A stretch of 40,383 nucleotides of DNA, from positions 1 through 40,383 of IMG/VR virus record IMGVR_UViG_3300024297_000327; one strand, 5' to 3'. Position 1 is the first letter of the stretch. Every line of letters starts with the position of its first letter. A program made the translations under genes and the position numbers. This document shows, piece after piece, positions 18,468 through 27,578 of this stretch. This stretch comes from a virus. Lineage: Duplodnaviria > Caudoviricetes. The notes beneath the pieces are model-generated. The model had not been told where the DNA came from. It made no database searches and saw only the letters and a program-made list of their open reading frames with translations.

Positions 18468-18881
18468 ATGAGAACAGGTATTTTAGCAGGAGCCTTTCTT
18501 ATGGCTACCGTATCATCAGCACAGGCTGAGATTGCAGTAGTGCAAGACCATTACAAAACTGTTATTAACAAGCAACCATATGAAGTGCAAGTATGCACAG
18601 ACAGACCAGTATCAGGGGACAAGTCAGGAGACATGTTAACTGGTGCAATCGTAGGTGGCATCATTGGTAATAACGTAACCAAAAATGTTGAGAATGGGGG
18701 AGCAGTTGGAGCCCTACTTGGAGGCATTATTGGACACAACAATAGTAAAGCCAAATCAGGAACTGCAAGGTTCTGTACTGTAGAAACACGTTATAACGAA
18801 TCACAGGCTGAAGTGTATTCACACTCAACCGTCCGTTTTACACATAACGGTAGAAGTTACAGTTTACGTTTTACAAAGTAA
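18468..18881 (+). CDS. Glycine-zipper 2TM surface/outer-membrane protein
   Basis: Signal peptide, GAIVGGIIG..GAVGALLGGIIG; AGGA SD before ATG 18468. Confidence 0.8.
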   Translation: MRTGILAGAFLMATVSSAQAEIAVVQDHYKTVINKQPYEVQVCTDRPVSGDKSGDMLTGAIVGGIIGNNVTKNVENGGAVGALLGGIIGHNNSKAKSGTARFCTVETRYNESQAEVYSHSTVRFTHNGRSYSLRFTK

Positions 18882-18886
18882 TATAT

Positions 18887-18960
18887 AGGGGACAAGTGTT
18901 ACGGTAGCACGGCTGGCTCCAACCCAGCAAGACAGGGTTCAATTCCTTGGTCCTCTGCCA
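18887..18960 (+). tRNA. trnW: tRNA-Trp(CCA)
   Basis: Acceptor AGGGGAC/GTCCTCT, G73, encoded CCA; anticodon arm GCTGG-CTCCAAC-CCAGC; T arm CAGGG-TTCAATT-CCTTG. Confidence 0.93.
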
Positions 18961-18967
18961 ATTCCGG

Positions 18968-18996
18968 TTGACTTTATTAACTAAAGAAAGTATAAT
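18968..18996 (+). promoter_or_regulatory. sigma70-like promoter, probably giving a leaderless mRNA
   Basis: TTGACT-17 nt-TATAAT; ATG 6 nt downstream; no SD. Confidence 0.8.
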
Positions 18997-19002
18997 AATA
19001 AT

Positions 19003-19560
19003 ATGAGAATAATAAATCTAACCGTGCCTTTTAATCATACCATTATATATGATTACTATTCGCCACGTGATGAAAGTTTAATTTGGAAAGAACTTAATGA
19101 ATTAAGTCCTGTTCTTGCAGACAAGAGAGCAACAGGTGATCCACGAAGCAACGGAATGCTTGGATTAAGTTTGGATTGGTATTACAAAGATGACAGAACC
19201 AAAAGTCATACACTTCAAGCAAACAGATTAATTTATAGTATTACAGATGAACTAAAAGAAAATCCTTTTATGAAATATTTGGATATGGCTAATGAGGATT
19301 TAACACAGGTAAATTACTATCCAGATGGTAGTTCATATGCACATCATGCCGATCATGCAACAATTAGTGCAGTAACTACATTTTGGAAAGTACCCAAAGA
19401 ATTTACAGGCGGAGAACTAAAGTTCCCAGAGTATGAATATACTCCGCACATGGATAACAATACTATTATTCTATTTCCAAGTTTTGAGCAACATGAAGTA
19501 TCCACAGTTATTGGTAAAGGACGTTTTTCGATCAACCAATTCTACTTCATTAATCGTTGA
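19003..19560 (+). CDS. 2OG-Fe(II) oxygenase (prolyl-hydroxylase-like)
   Basis: HAD (HxD), FTGGELKF, ILFPS..HEV, RFSI. Confidence 0.85.
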   Translation: MRIINLTVPFNHTIIYDYYSPRDESLIWKELNELSPVLADKRATGDPRSNGMLGLSLDWYYKDDRTKSHTLQANRLIYSITDELKENPFMKYLDMANEDLTQVNYYPDGSSYAHHADHATISAVTTFWKVPKEFTGGELKFPEYEYTPHMDNNTIILFPSFEQHEVSTVIGKGRFSINQFYFINR

Positions 19561-19585
19561 CAAACACCAAAATATATGTTACATT
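19557..19585 (+). promoter_or_regulatory. sigma70-like promoter
   Basis: TTGACA-17 nt-TACATT with extended -10 TG. Confidence 0.65.
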
Positions 19586-19617
19586 TATAATACAATTTTA
19601 ACTTTGAGGTATTACTT

Positions 19618-20076
19618 ATGACGATGCATCTTGAACGAGGACTTACAACACTTAATACTCGTAAGCCTAAGAAGAAAACAAAATTTACAAAAAAGCAAAT
19701 AGAGAAGTGGACCTCGGAGTTAAAGAAACATAATAAACAAATGCGTAGGGTACATTGCCATCATATGCAAATGACACTTGATGACTATATAGATTATATC
19801 CACGGTCGTTACAAACGTAAGACAGAAACAGTTATGAGTACACCGTGGCATTATTCTGGACCACAGGTTCGCGAAACTGAACACATTCCATCATTATCAT
19901 CTAAGGACAGTTTTGGTCCTGCAAAGAAGAAAGAACCAATGCACTATACAGGTGAACGTAAACTTGTAGGTATTGCTATGATGCACAAGTCAAACCTTGT
20001 GCCTGTGTTTGCAGACGATGATGACAAGAACGGACAAAAGGCCGCAACCGAATATGCACAAATGCGAAGGAACTAA
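19618..20076 (+). CDS. Hypothetical basic phage protein
   Basis: GAGG SD; C-terminal GIAMMHKSNLVPVF. Confidence 0.75.
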   Translation: MTMHLERGLTTLNTRKPKKKTKFTKKQIEKWTSELKKHNKQMRRVHCHHMQMTLDDYIDYIHGRYKRKTETVMSTPWHYSGPQVRETEHIPSLSSKDSFGPAKKKEPMHYTGERKLVGIAMMHKSNLVPVFADDDDKNGQKAATEYAQMRRN

Positions 20077-20760
20077 ATGGGAAAGACTGTAAAACACTTT
20101 TGGAATAGAGTACGGAAACCTGTACTCGTAATAATATTAATGATAGGAATTGGACTTGGTAGTTATGGAGCAGGTACTTTCTTTCCTAATTTTTGGGTAG
20201 AGAATAACATTATACAAAAAGCCAAGGCTTCATTTCAAAATGAATGGAAAGCATTTGGTTTTGTACAACCAAGCATTGAATACACAAACGATATTGAATT
20301 CATTAGTGGCGTAGGACGTTGTGTGGACTTTTTAAACATGACTATTGAACATGAACAACGTGTTCCTAAGATGATTATTATAGCAATGGCAGTTTTGGAA
20401 ACTGGCTATGGCAAAAGTAGATTTGCAGTAGAAGGCAATAACTTATTTGGTTACAGGACGTGGGATCCAAAAGCACCACAAATGAAACCATTAGAATTAC
20501 CTGACGCAGAGTTTGGTGTAAAGAAGTACAAAACCAAATGCGATAGCGTCAAAGATATGATTCGTAATGTAAACGAGTATCATGCATACGAAGAATATCG
20601 AGTTGAACGTGCAAAACAATTAGACTCAGGTAAGATAGACTTGGATAAACAAATTGATTTGTTGTCCGAGTGGAGTACAAACCCAGAATATACCAAACTT
20701 GTTAAAATGAAAGTTAATAAAATCAAGAACATTTTGGCTAAAAACAAATTGGCAAAATAG
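20077..20760 (+). CDS. GH73 glucosaminidase (Bax-like peptidoglycan hydrolase) with N-terminal membrane anchor
   Basis: AVLETGYGKSRFAVEGNNLFG; WSTNPEY at the YATD position; N-terminal hydrophobic helix. Confidence 0.85.
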   Translation: MGKTVKHFWNRVRKPVLVIILMIGIGLGSYGAGTFFPNFWVENNIIQKAKASFQNEWKAFGFVQPSIEYTNDIEFISGVGRCVDFLNMTIEHEQRVPKMIIIAMAVLETGYGKSRFAVEGNNLFGYRTWDPKAPQMKPLELPDAEFGVKKYKTKCDSVKDMIRNVNEYHAYEEYRVERAKQLDSGKIDLDKQIDLLSEWSTNPEYTKLVKMKVNKIKNILAKNKLAK

Positions 20761-20763
20761 TGG

Positions 20764-20792
20764 TTGACTTTTTATATAGAGTTGTATATACT
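20764..20792 (+). promoter_or_regulatory. sigma70-like promoter
   Basis: TTGACT-17 nt-TATACT. Confidence 0.8.
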
Positions 20793-20827
20793 GTTAAGAT
20801 AATGAATAGGCTAACAAGGAGACTAAA

Positions 20828-21115
20828 ATGAAAACATTGGCAACATTGGCTGTAGCAACATTGATTGTTTCTGCCGCCGCAACACAGGCAAATGATAATC
20901 CAATTATCAAAGATGTTGAGAACGCAAAAGACTTTGCAGTTAACAACAAGGTATCACAGTTTGTTATTAACGAATATAACAAAACTGTTGAGTTCCAAAA
21001 AGATAGTTGGCAACAGGCTAAAGATCAAACGGCAAATAACAAAAAGCAAATCGTTGGTATCTTTGATAATATCAAAGGTGCTTTCACACACTATTTTGTT
21101 AAGGAAGGCAAGTAG
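20828..21115 (+). CDS. Secreted hypothetical protein
   Basis: Signal peptide MKTLATLAVATLIVSAAATQA; AGGAG SD. Confidence 0.75.
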   Translation: MKTLATLAVATLIVSAAATQANDNPIIKDVENAKDFAVNNKVSQFVINEYNKTVEFQKDSWQQAKDQTANNKKQIVGIFDNIKGAFTHYFVKEGK

Positions 21116-21610
21116 ATGAAAGGCGTATTAAAAAATGCAGTATTAGGCATTGCTCTCGTATCCATGTTGGGTGCTTGTAGTACAATGACTACTGTTTCCG
21201 AAAGAGACACTTATGCAGAACCTAAATGGTATGCAAAGTGTAAACAGATTGGATCAGAAGGAGGTTTCTTATTCTGGTTTGGTACTGACTATGTATATTC
21301 TTGTGGTAAAGGTGTGTCTTGGAATGACCAGGCGGCTGTAGCACAAGCAAAATCTTTCGCATACAAAGGCGTTGCTGAAAGAATACACAGTAATATAAAA
21401 GCATCTACGAAAGTAGATATCAAAGACAATGGCAAGGTTACACGAACTTATGTTGAGCACATTGTAGATAAAACTGCAATCAGTCGTCAACTCGAAGACG
21501 AGAAGTTTACTTTTAAGATGGGTGATCAATATCACACATTTATGAGAGTGAAGATGACTAAAGATGTATTTGAATCTTTAATCGCTCAAGCAAAAATGAC
21601 AAAGAGTTAG
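21116..21610 (+). CDS. Lipoprotein (LPP20-like)
   Basis: Lipobox LGAC; EPKWY..GKGVS...AVAQAKSFA pattern. Confidence 0.7.
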   Translation: MKGVLKNAVLGIALVSMLGACSTMTTVSERDTYAEPKWYAKCKQIGSEGGFLFWFGTDYVYSCGKGVSWNDQAAVAQAKSFAYKGVAERIHSNIKASTKVDIKDNGKVTRTYVEHIVDKTAISRQLEDEKFTFKMGDQYHTFMRVKMTKDVFESLIAQAKMTKS

Positions 21611-21613
21611 ACT

Positions 21614-21967
21614 ATGTATAATATCTTTGTATATGCACTCGTAATCTGTTTTTTCATCATGCTTGGGGCCTGTAGTTCGGCACCCAAGAACTTGGCCAAG
21701 GCTCCTCAGTATTGTTATACTGACGAAACTATTGAGACCACAAACGGTGAAACAAGCAGTTCAACCAAAGTCGAATGTACTGATAGACCCAATCTAAAGA
21801 ACAACATGATTGTGAAAACAGGCATTGCAGACAGTTGCAGGCCACACTATTACTATGTTACTATTGCAGGTAAGCAAGAACAAAGACGTGGCTTTGTATG
21901 TCGTAAACTTGATGAGAATGGAGAACATGGTGGTTGGGAGATTATTAATCCTAAGTTTATGTATTAG
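21614..21967 (+). CDS. Cys-rich lipoprotein
   Basis: Lipobox LGAC; four further Cys in the mature part. Confidence 0.7.
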   Translation: MYNIFVYALVICFFIMLGACSSAPKNLAKAPQYCYTDETIETTNGETSSSTKVECTDRPNLKNNMIVKTGIADSCRPHYYYVTIAGKQEQRRGFVCRKLDENGEHGGWEIINPKFMY

Positions 21968-22355
21968 TTTAGCGGCCTGTGGCACAACTAAACGTACCTA
22001 CGTAAGCGACTCTGTAGGCAGTAGTGCTAACACAAGTTACTCACCTAACACTTCATACATAAACATGGTAGCAAACTTTGCCAAATGGAAGGCATACAAA
22101 CTTCCTGAAGGCGATCAGATGCTACAAGAACAAGCAGTATTCTTTGCATTAGACAATTTACAAGAAGGTGATGTCACCGAGTGGATTGGAGAAAGCAATT
22201 CAACACATGGTAAGGTCAGTGTAGTTATGACTTATCCGATGGGTGGAGGGTTTTGTAGAGTTTTACTTTCACAAATAAACTACAAACAAAAGGTTCGTAG
22301 TTTTAAGGAAACCGCATGTAAGAACGGAAGTTCGAAATGGCGCTTTGTTAGATAA
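21927..22355 (+). CDS. Lipoprotein with 17-kDa surface-antigen-like C-terminal domain
   Basis: Lipobox LAAC; ALD..GDVTEW..GKV..FCR..ETAC..W pattern; start 21927 or 21918. Confidence 0.7.
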   Translation: MVVGRLLILSLCISLAACGTTKRTYVSDSVGSSANTSYSPNTSYINMVANFAKWKAYKLPEGDQMLQEQAVFFALDNLQEGDVTEWIGESNSTHGKVSVVMTYPMGGGFCRVLLSQINYKQKVRSFKETACKNGSSKWRFVR

Positions 22356-22411
22356 AGTAGCATAAATGTTGTGGTTATAACTACGATAAATATTACGTTA
22401 AGGAGATAACT

Positions 22412-24076
22412 ATGATATTCGGACTCATTACCTTTTTAACTGCATTAACAATTAGTGCAGTAGCAATATACTATTCCGTAGCAGGACTGGCGGCTATATT
22501 TGCCGCGGCCGTTATCCCTATTATTGTTATGGGTGTATCACTTGAAGTTGGTAAACTTGTAACGGCAGTATGGTTGCACAGGTATTGGAGCAAGGCTACC
22601 TGGTGGCTTAAGACTTATCTCTCCATTGCAGTATTCATTCTTATGTTTATTACAAGCATGGGTATCTTTGGTTTCTTATCTAAAGCACATATTGAACAAA
22701 CAAGTATGTCGCAAGAACAAGTTGCTCTTATAGAAACACTTGACGACAAACAGAACAGAGCATCAGCAAAAATTACAAGATGGCAGTCAGAACTTGATCG
22801 CTTAATGAAGGGCGAAGATGTTAGAGTAGACAGCCTAATTGAAAAAGAACAAGTTGCACTCAAAGAACTGTATGCACAGATCAAAGACGAAAAAGATACA
22901 GCCAGAGAAGATGCAGACAAACAAATACAACTACAAAACGATAGATTAGAACAAGCCAAAATACGTAAAGAAGCAGACATTAAAGCGGCCAAGGATAGAT
23001 TCGAAGGCAGTTTAGGTGGTGGTACAAAATACGATGAAGCAGTTGAAAAAGCAAAAGCAAACGAATTAAGTGTTGCCAGTTCAGCACAAAGAGAAATTAG
23101 AAAGATCAACGAGAATCTAACAACTGTACTTGCAGATATTGATGCCAAGTATGTAGACAGCATTAAAGCAATTAACGATAGAATACAAACGTTACGTAAT
23201 CAAGCAAATACTAAGACAGTAGACATTGACAGTCGTGTAGAAGAACTTGAAAAGTTTATTGAATTAGAGCAAGTTAAGATTGATGAAGTACGTGAAGAAA
23301 AATTTGTTTACGAGAAAGAGTATCGTAAATTAGAAGCAGAAGTAGGTCCAATCAAATACATTGCAGAATTTATATACGGCGAAAATGCAGACAACAACTT
23401 ACTTGAAGAAGCAGTACGTTGGGTAATTATTGTTATTATATTTGTATTTGACCCACTTGCAGTATTACTACTAATTGCATCACAATACACATTTAACTGG
23501 GCAAGAGAACAAAAGGGCGGAGGTAGTTTGCCCCCAAAGTCCGATCCAGATAATTCACCAACCAGTCCCACTCCTGGTTACACAGATGAAGAATGGGACC
23601 AAGCACATAGAGAAAATTACGAGTTTGATAGAGCAAAAGTAATCGATGCTAACGAACCACCTGAAATTGTTGAACCTGAAGAACCTAAAGAGAAAGAAAA
23701 GACTACTTCTGAACTCTTAATGGAAGGCTTCAAAGAAGAACAAGAACAACGTGCTATCGAAGAACAGAATGAAGAATGGGCCGATATGTATGCACAGGCA
23801 GACAATACTCTACCTAAAGATAGTGTTGCAGAGCAAATTGAAGATGAAACACTTAAAGAACTTTCTAACTTAGACAAATGGAACGAGTGGGTAGAGAAAG
23901 CAAATGAAGAAGCAGAAAAGAATCCAGAAGAGCCAAAGAAAGAACTTCCAGACACCAAGAACAGAATCTTTTACAGTGCAGAAGTAGAGGATCAAAAAAA
24001 AACTCCGGAAGGAATCAATTACATGAAAAAGGAAGGCAACAAGCAGGTCCGAAAGACCAGTACACCGAAGTCATAG
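22412..24076 (+). CDS. Membrane protein: 3 N-terminal TM, long coiled coil, TM, acidic tail
   Basis: Hydrophobic N-terminus, heptad region, LEAEVGPIKYIA..IIFVFDPLAVLLLIA; TAAATA at 22387 and AAGGAG SD. Confidence 0.8.
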   Translation: MIFGLITFLTALTISAVAIYYSVAGLAAIFAAAVIPIIVMGVSLEVGKLVTAVWLHRYWSKATWWLKTYLSIAVFILMFITSMGIFGFLSKAHIEQTSMSQEQVALIETLDDKQNRASAKITRWQSELDRLMKGEDVRVDSLIEKEQVALKELYAQIKDEKDTAREDADKQIQLQNDRLEQAKIRKEADIKAAKDRFEGSLGGGTKYDEAVEKAKANELSVASSAQREIRKINENLTTVLADIDAKYVDSIKAINDRIQTLRNQANTKTVDIDSRVEELEKFIELEQVKIDEVREEKFVYEKEYRKLEAEVGPIKYIAEFIYGENADNNLLEEAVRWVIIVIIFVFDPLAVLLLIASQYTFNWAREQKGGGSLPPKSDPDNSPTSPTPGYTDEEWDQAHRENYEFDRAKVIDANEPPEIVEPEEPKEKEKTTSELLMEGFKEEQEQRAIEEQNEEWADMYAQADNTLPKDSVAEQIEDETLKELSNLDKWNEWVEKANEEAEKNPEEPKKELPDTKNRIFYSAEVEDQKKTPEGINYMKKEGNKQVRKTSTPKS

Positions 24077-24155
24077 AGCCTTACACTCAAAACGCAGAAC
24101 AAGGCGATAAATCACTTTTCAAAGACATCCTTAAAAGACGCTAATAAGTACTTGC

Positions 24156-24551
24156 ATGGGAAAAGAATTAAAAATGAATCTGATCACTGCTCCGGATACA
24201 TTGCAAAATGATAATCCAAGCATACTTCTTGTTAACCCAAGTGACGTAGATAAAAACCAATTTAATGATATTGCAAAAGACTTTAAGAGTGATATCAATT
24301 TATATCTTTATCAAGAAGACGTACCAGAGGATACCGACCAGTGGCTAATTAATGCCGCTAATATAGTAGATCACATTTACGTGAACTTAGACAACTCAAA
24401 AAAAATTGAGTGGCTAAAAGGGTGGTTGTTGAAGTTTAACAAAACTTTTTACTTGACAAACACCGACCATATACCGTATAATATTATTAATGTTAACAAG
24501 GTGTATGATATGACCCAAGTAGCAGAAGGAGTAAAGTACTTTGAGGTATGA
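24156..24551 (+). CDS. Hypothetical protein
   Basis: 131 aa ORF (alternative start MNLITAPD); TAAGTA at 24145. Confidence 0.7.
   Translation: MGKELKMNLITAPDTLQNDNPSILLVNPSDVDKNQFNDIAKDFKSDINLYLYQEDVPEDTDQWLINAANIVDHIYVNLDNSKKIEWLKGWLLKFNKTFYLTNTDHIPYNIINVNKVYDMTQVAEGVKYFEV
24453..24482 (+). promoter_or_regulatory. sigma70-like promoter upstream of the bS21 gene, inside the previous CDS
   Basis: TTGACA-18 nt-TATAAT. Confidence 0.7.
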
Positions 24552-24780
24552 TAAAGGCGAGAAGAAATATAAAGGATTACACGTTGAAGTTAGAAATGGG
24601 GACATTAATGGTGCCCTACGCAGATTCAAACGTAAGGTCAATGAGGACGGTGTGCTACTCACACTAAAGGATAAACAGGCTTATACAAAGCCAAGCGAGA
24701 AACGTAAGATGGCAAAGGCCGCAGGTCGAGCAAGACATCTTAAGAAGATCGCAAAAAGGAAAGAGGAATATGGCTATTGA
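24541..24780 (+). CDS. rpsU: Ribosomal protein bS21
   Basis: VEVRNGDINGALRRFKRKV...YTKPSEKRK; TTG start with AGGAG SD. Confidence 0.9.
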   Translation: MRYDKGEKKYKGLHVEVRNGDINGALRRFKRKVNEDGVLLTLKDKQAYTKPSEKRKMAKAAGRARHLKKIAKRKEEYGY

Positions 24781-25432
24781 ATTAAAAGCAGACTTATGGT
24801 TCCCAAGTATCGTTTGGGCAACATTAGACTTAGGTGCAGACATTGCCTGGCTTAAACAGTATGCAGATCAAATGCGTAATGCAAACCCAGACGGTGTAAG
24901 GATTAGTAACTCCGGAGGTTGGCAAAGCAATAGCATTGAATGGCCTTTCTTTAATGATAAAACATGCCCACCTGAAATGATGAAGTTTCAAAAACAACTT
25001 GATGAAGCAGTTGGCATTGCAACTACACAAGCAGGCTTTCCGCCATTGCACATGAACAATATGTGGTTCAACATCAACGGACATAAGGATCATAACTTAC
25101 TACATGACCATCAAGGAAGTTTGATCAGTGGCGTACTTTACACAAATGTAATTGACCCAGACAAGATGGGTAACATTGAATTCCATAGAGAAGATAGTGC
25201 AATACATTTTATTCCACCACTGGATAGATACAATCACTTTACAAGTACAAAGGGTTCCTATGCACCCAGAGACGGATTGCTATTGTTATTTCCAAGTTGG
25301 CTAAAGCATAGTGTAAACAGTAATATGAGTAAGAGTGAACGTTATAGTATAAGTTTCAACTATGGCGTTGGATCACCACAACACATGTGGCAACCAGAAA
25401 GACAAAAACCAGTTAGCGATGAAGAAAAGTAA
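24770..25432 (+). CDS. 2OG-Fe(II) oxygenase-like protein (TIGR02466 family)
   Basis: SNSGGWQS, WFNIN, HDH, ISGVLY, LFPSWLKHSV, RYSISFN. Confidence 0.88.
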   Translation: MAIELKADLWFPSIVWATLDLGADIAWLKQYADQMRNANPDGVRISNSGGWQSNSIEWPFFNDKTCPPEMMKFQKQLDEAVGIATTQAGFPPLHMNNMWFNINGHKDHNLLHDHQGSLISGVLYTNVIDPDKMGNIEFHREDSAIHFIPPLDRYNHFTSTKGSYAPRDGLLLLFPSWLKHSVNSNMSKSERYSISFNYGVGSPQHMWQPERQKPVSDEEK

Positions 25433-26003
25433 TTTATTTGAAACACCATTATGGCAAAGTAAGTTGCCCGATAGCATAGACACGTCTTGGCTTATAGACA
25501 TGGCGTATGAAAAATATGCAATGGGTAAACTTAATGACTGTAATGGATTTCAAACATTTGACACTGAAGAAGAAATGAGTTTCGCTTTTCCCGTTCCTAA
25601 AGGTATACAATTACAAGAGTATCTTGATACTATGGTAAACAACGTTGCTAAAGAAATGGGACTACCAATGTGTAGTTTGTTGAACTACTGGTTAAACATT
25701 AATCCAACAGGTGCATATAACAATTTGCATAAGCATAGAAATGCTTTGCTTGTAGGTAATTTATATCTTAAGGTACCTGATGCTACCAGTGGAGGCATTG
25801 AGTTTGTACGTGATGATGACGCTGACTACTATGTTCCTACTGATGCAGAATACAATCCCATAGTAGGAACAAGACTTACTATGCAACCGCAAGAAAGAGA
25901 TATTCTTGTATTCCCCGGCTGGCAACCTCACGCAGTCAAGACTAATAAATCATCTAACGATAGAGTGAGTCTATCATTTAACTACGGAGCAATTAAACAA
26001 TGA
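25419..26003 (+). CDS. 2OG-Fe(II) oxygenase-like protein (TIGR02466 family)
   Basis: WLNIN, HKH, VFPGWQPHAV, RVSLSFN; start MKKSNLFETP. Confidence 0.85.
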   Translation: MKKSNLFETPLWQSKLPDSIDTSWLIDMAYEKYAMGKLNDCNGFQTFDTEEEMSFAFPVPKGIQLQEYLDTMVNNVAKEMGLPMCSLLNYWLNINPTGAYNNLHKHRNALLVGNLYLKVPDATSGGIEFVRDDDADYYVPTDAEYNPIVGTRLTMQPQERDILVFPGWQPHAVKTNKSSNDRVSLSFNYGAIKQ

Positions 26004-27115
26004 GAATCGAACAAGATGTTAAGTTAGATTATAAAGACGTACTATTCAAACCTAAAAGGTCCAAGTTAGAAAGTAGACGTGATGTAGACTTGACTCGTAC
26101 GTTCAAGTTTCATAATAGCGGAAACGAATGGACTGGTGTACCTATCATGTCAAGTAACATGGACGGCGTTGGTACATTTGAAATGGCTAAAGTATTACAA
26201 GAACACAAAATGATTACTGTTATGCGAAAGCACTATTCAGTAGATGACTGGAAAGAACAAAGTCAAGGTGTTAAGATGAAGTACCTAAGTGTTTGCACAG
26301 GTACAGGAGTTATTTGGGATAAAGATGCTCAAGACTATGCTACTATGAAAGCAGTCTTGGCAATGTATCCAGACATTAAATTTATTACAGTTGATGTTGC
26401 AAATGCTTATCATGAAAACTATGCAGACTTTATTGCACGTTTACGTGATGCATATCCAGACAAAACTATTATTGCTGGTAATGTTATTTCAGCAGAGATG
26501 ACAGAAGAACTTATCATCAAAGGTGCTGACATTGTTAAGTGTGGTATTGGTCCAGGATCAGTATGTACTACACGACTAATGACAGGTGTTGGTGTTCCGC
26601 AACTATCAGGCATTATTGAATGTGCTGATGCGGCCAATGGTATTGGTGGACACATTATTGCTGATGGCGGTTGTGTGTATCCAGGAGATGTAAGTAAAGC
26701 CTTTGGAGCAGGTGCTCACTTTGTTATGCTTGGCGGTATGTTAGCAGGACACAAAGAAGGTGGTGGTAACATTATTACAAAACACACTGCAAATGGTGGT
26801 GCTTATAAAACACCTGAAGGAACATACGTTCCGTTTTATGAAGAACAAAACTTTGTTGAGTTCTATGGTATGAGTTCAGATGCGGCAATGGCAACACATG
26901 GTACACGTAAAGATGGATACCGTGGAGCAGAAGGTAAACTTGTTTCTATTCCTTACAAAGGCGAAGTAGAAGCAACACTTACAGAAGTGTTAGGTGGTGT
27001 AAGATCTACTTGCACATACATTGGTGCTAAACGTATTAAGGACATGCCAAAGTGTACAACATTCGTAAGATGTACACAACAAGTTAATCAAGTGTTCAAT
27101 CAGTATAATGCATGA
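26000..27115 (+). CDS. guaC: GMP reductase
   Basis: MRIEQDVKLDYKDVL, SSNMDGVGT, GIGPGSVCTTR, FYGMSS, YRGAEGK; no CBS domain. Confidence 0.95.
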   Translation: MRIEQDVKLDYKDVLFKPKRSKLESRRDVDLTRTFKFHNSGNEWTGVPIMSSNMDGVGTFEMAKVLQEHKMITVMRKHYSVDDWKEQSQGVKMKYLSVCTGTGVIWDKDAQDYATMKAVLAMYPDIKFITVDVANAYHENYADFIARLRDAYPDKTIIAGNVISAEMTEELIIKGADIVKCGIGPGSVCTTRLMTGVGVPQLSGIIECADAANGIGGHIIADGGCVYPGDVSKAFGAGAHFVMLGGMLAGHKEGGGNIITKHTANGGAYKTPEGTYVPFYEEQNFVEFYGMSSDAAMATHGTRKDGYRGAEGKLVSIPYKGEVEATLTEVLGGVRSTCTYIGAKRIKDMPKCTTFVRCTQQVNQVFNQYNA

Positions 27116-27528
27116 TCTTAGATAAGATTAAAGAACGTGGTGAAGAAATGGCTCCTTTGGAGGGGCATGACAGACTGCAATATCTTATAGACATAGCAAG
27201 ACAAGTCGAACCTTTAGACGACAGTGAAAAAATAGACGATAACAAAATCAGAGGTTGTGCAAGTAATTTGTGGGTAGTAGGCAAAGTAAATGAAGATGGT
27301 ACAATGTCGTACAAGCACGATGCAGATGCATGGATTACAAAAGGTACTGCTAAGGTATTGGTAGACTTGCTAAACGGTGAACACAAAAACCATATAGCAC
27401 AACTAACATTAGAAAGTTTTGAAGGACTTGGTATTAGAAATCTACTTACAATGCAAAGACAAGTTGGGTTTGGCAGTTTGGTAGAACGCATGATAGAAAT
27501 AGCAAAAATCGGTAAACAAAACACTTGA
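27112..27528 (+). CDS. sufE: SufE-family sulfur acceptor
   Basis: RLQYLID, IRGCASNLW, DADAWITKG, LTMQRQVG. Confidence 0.9.
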   Translation: MILDKIKERGEEMAPLEGHDRLQYLIDIARQVEPLDDSEKIDDNKIRGCASNLWVVGKVNEDGTMSYKHDADAWITKGTAKVLVDLLNGEHKNHIAQLTLESFEGLGIRNLLTMQRQVGFGSLVERMIEIAKIGKQNT

Positions 27529-27573
27529 TTTTTCCGTCAAAATTGCGTATAATTTTAATTACAATGATAAATA
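27525..27573 (+). promoter_or_regulatory. Tandem sigma70-like and late-type promoters for hsp20
   Basis: TTGATT-17 nt-TATAAT (27525-27553) and TAAATA (27568-27573). Confidence 0.65.
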
Positions 27574-27578
27574 ATTGT

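Noticed and set aside
18887-18960. Suppressor tRNA or alternative genetic code
   Set aside because: The anticodon is CCA, and conserved genes (nrdA, nrdB, guaC) are intact under the standard code with TAA, TAG and TGA all used as stops
24406-24415. TC-A8 run as a third slippery site
   Set aside because: Only eight A; it lies mid-gene in an ORF that runs normally into the next gene, leaving no unexplained gap
26000-27115. IMP dehydrogenase (guaB)
   Set aside because: The N-terminus, NMD.VGT motif and length match GMP reductase
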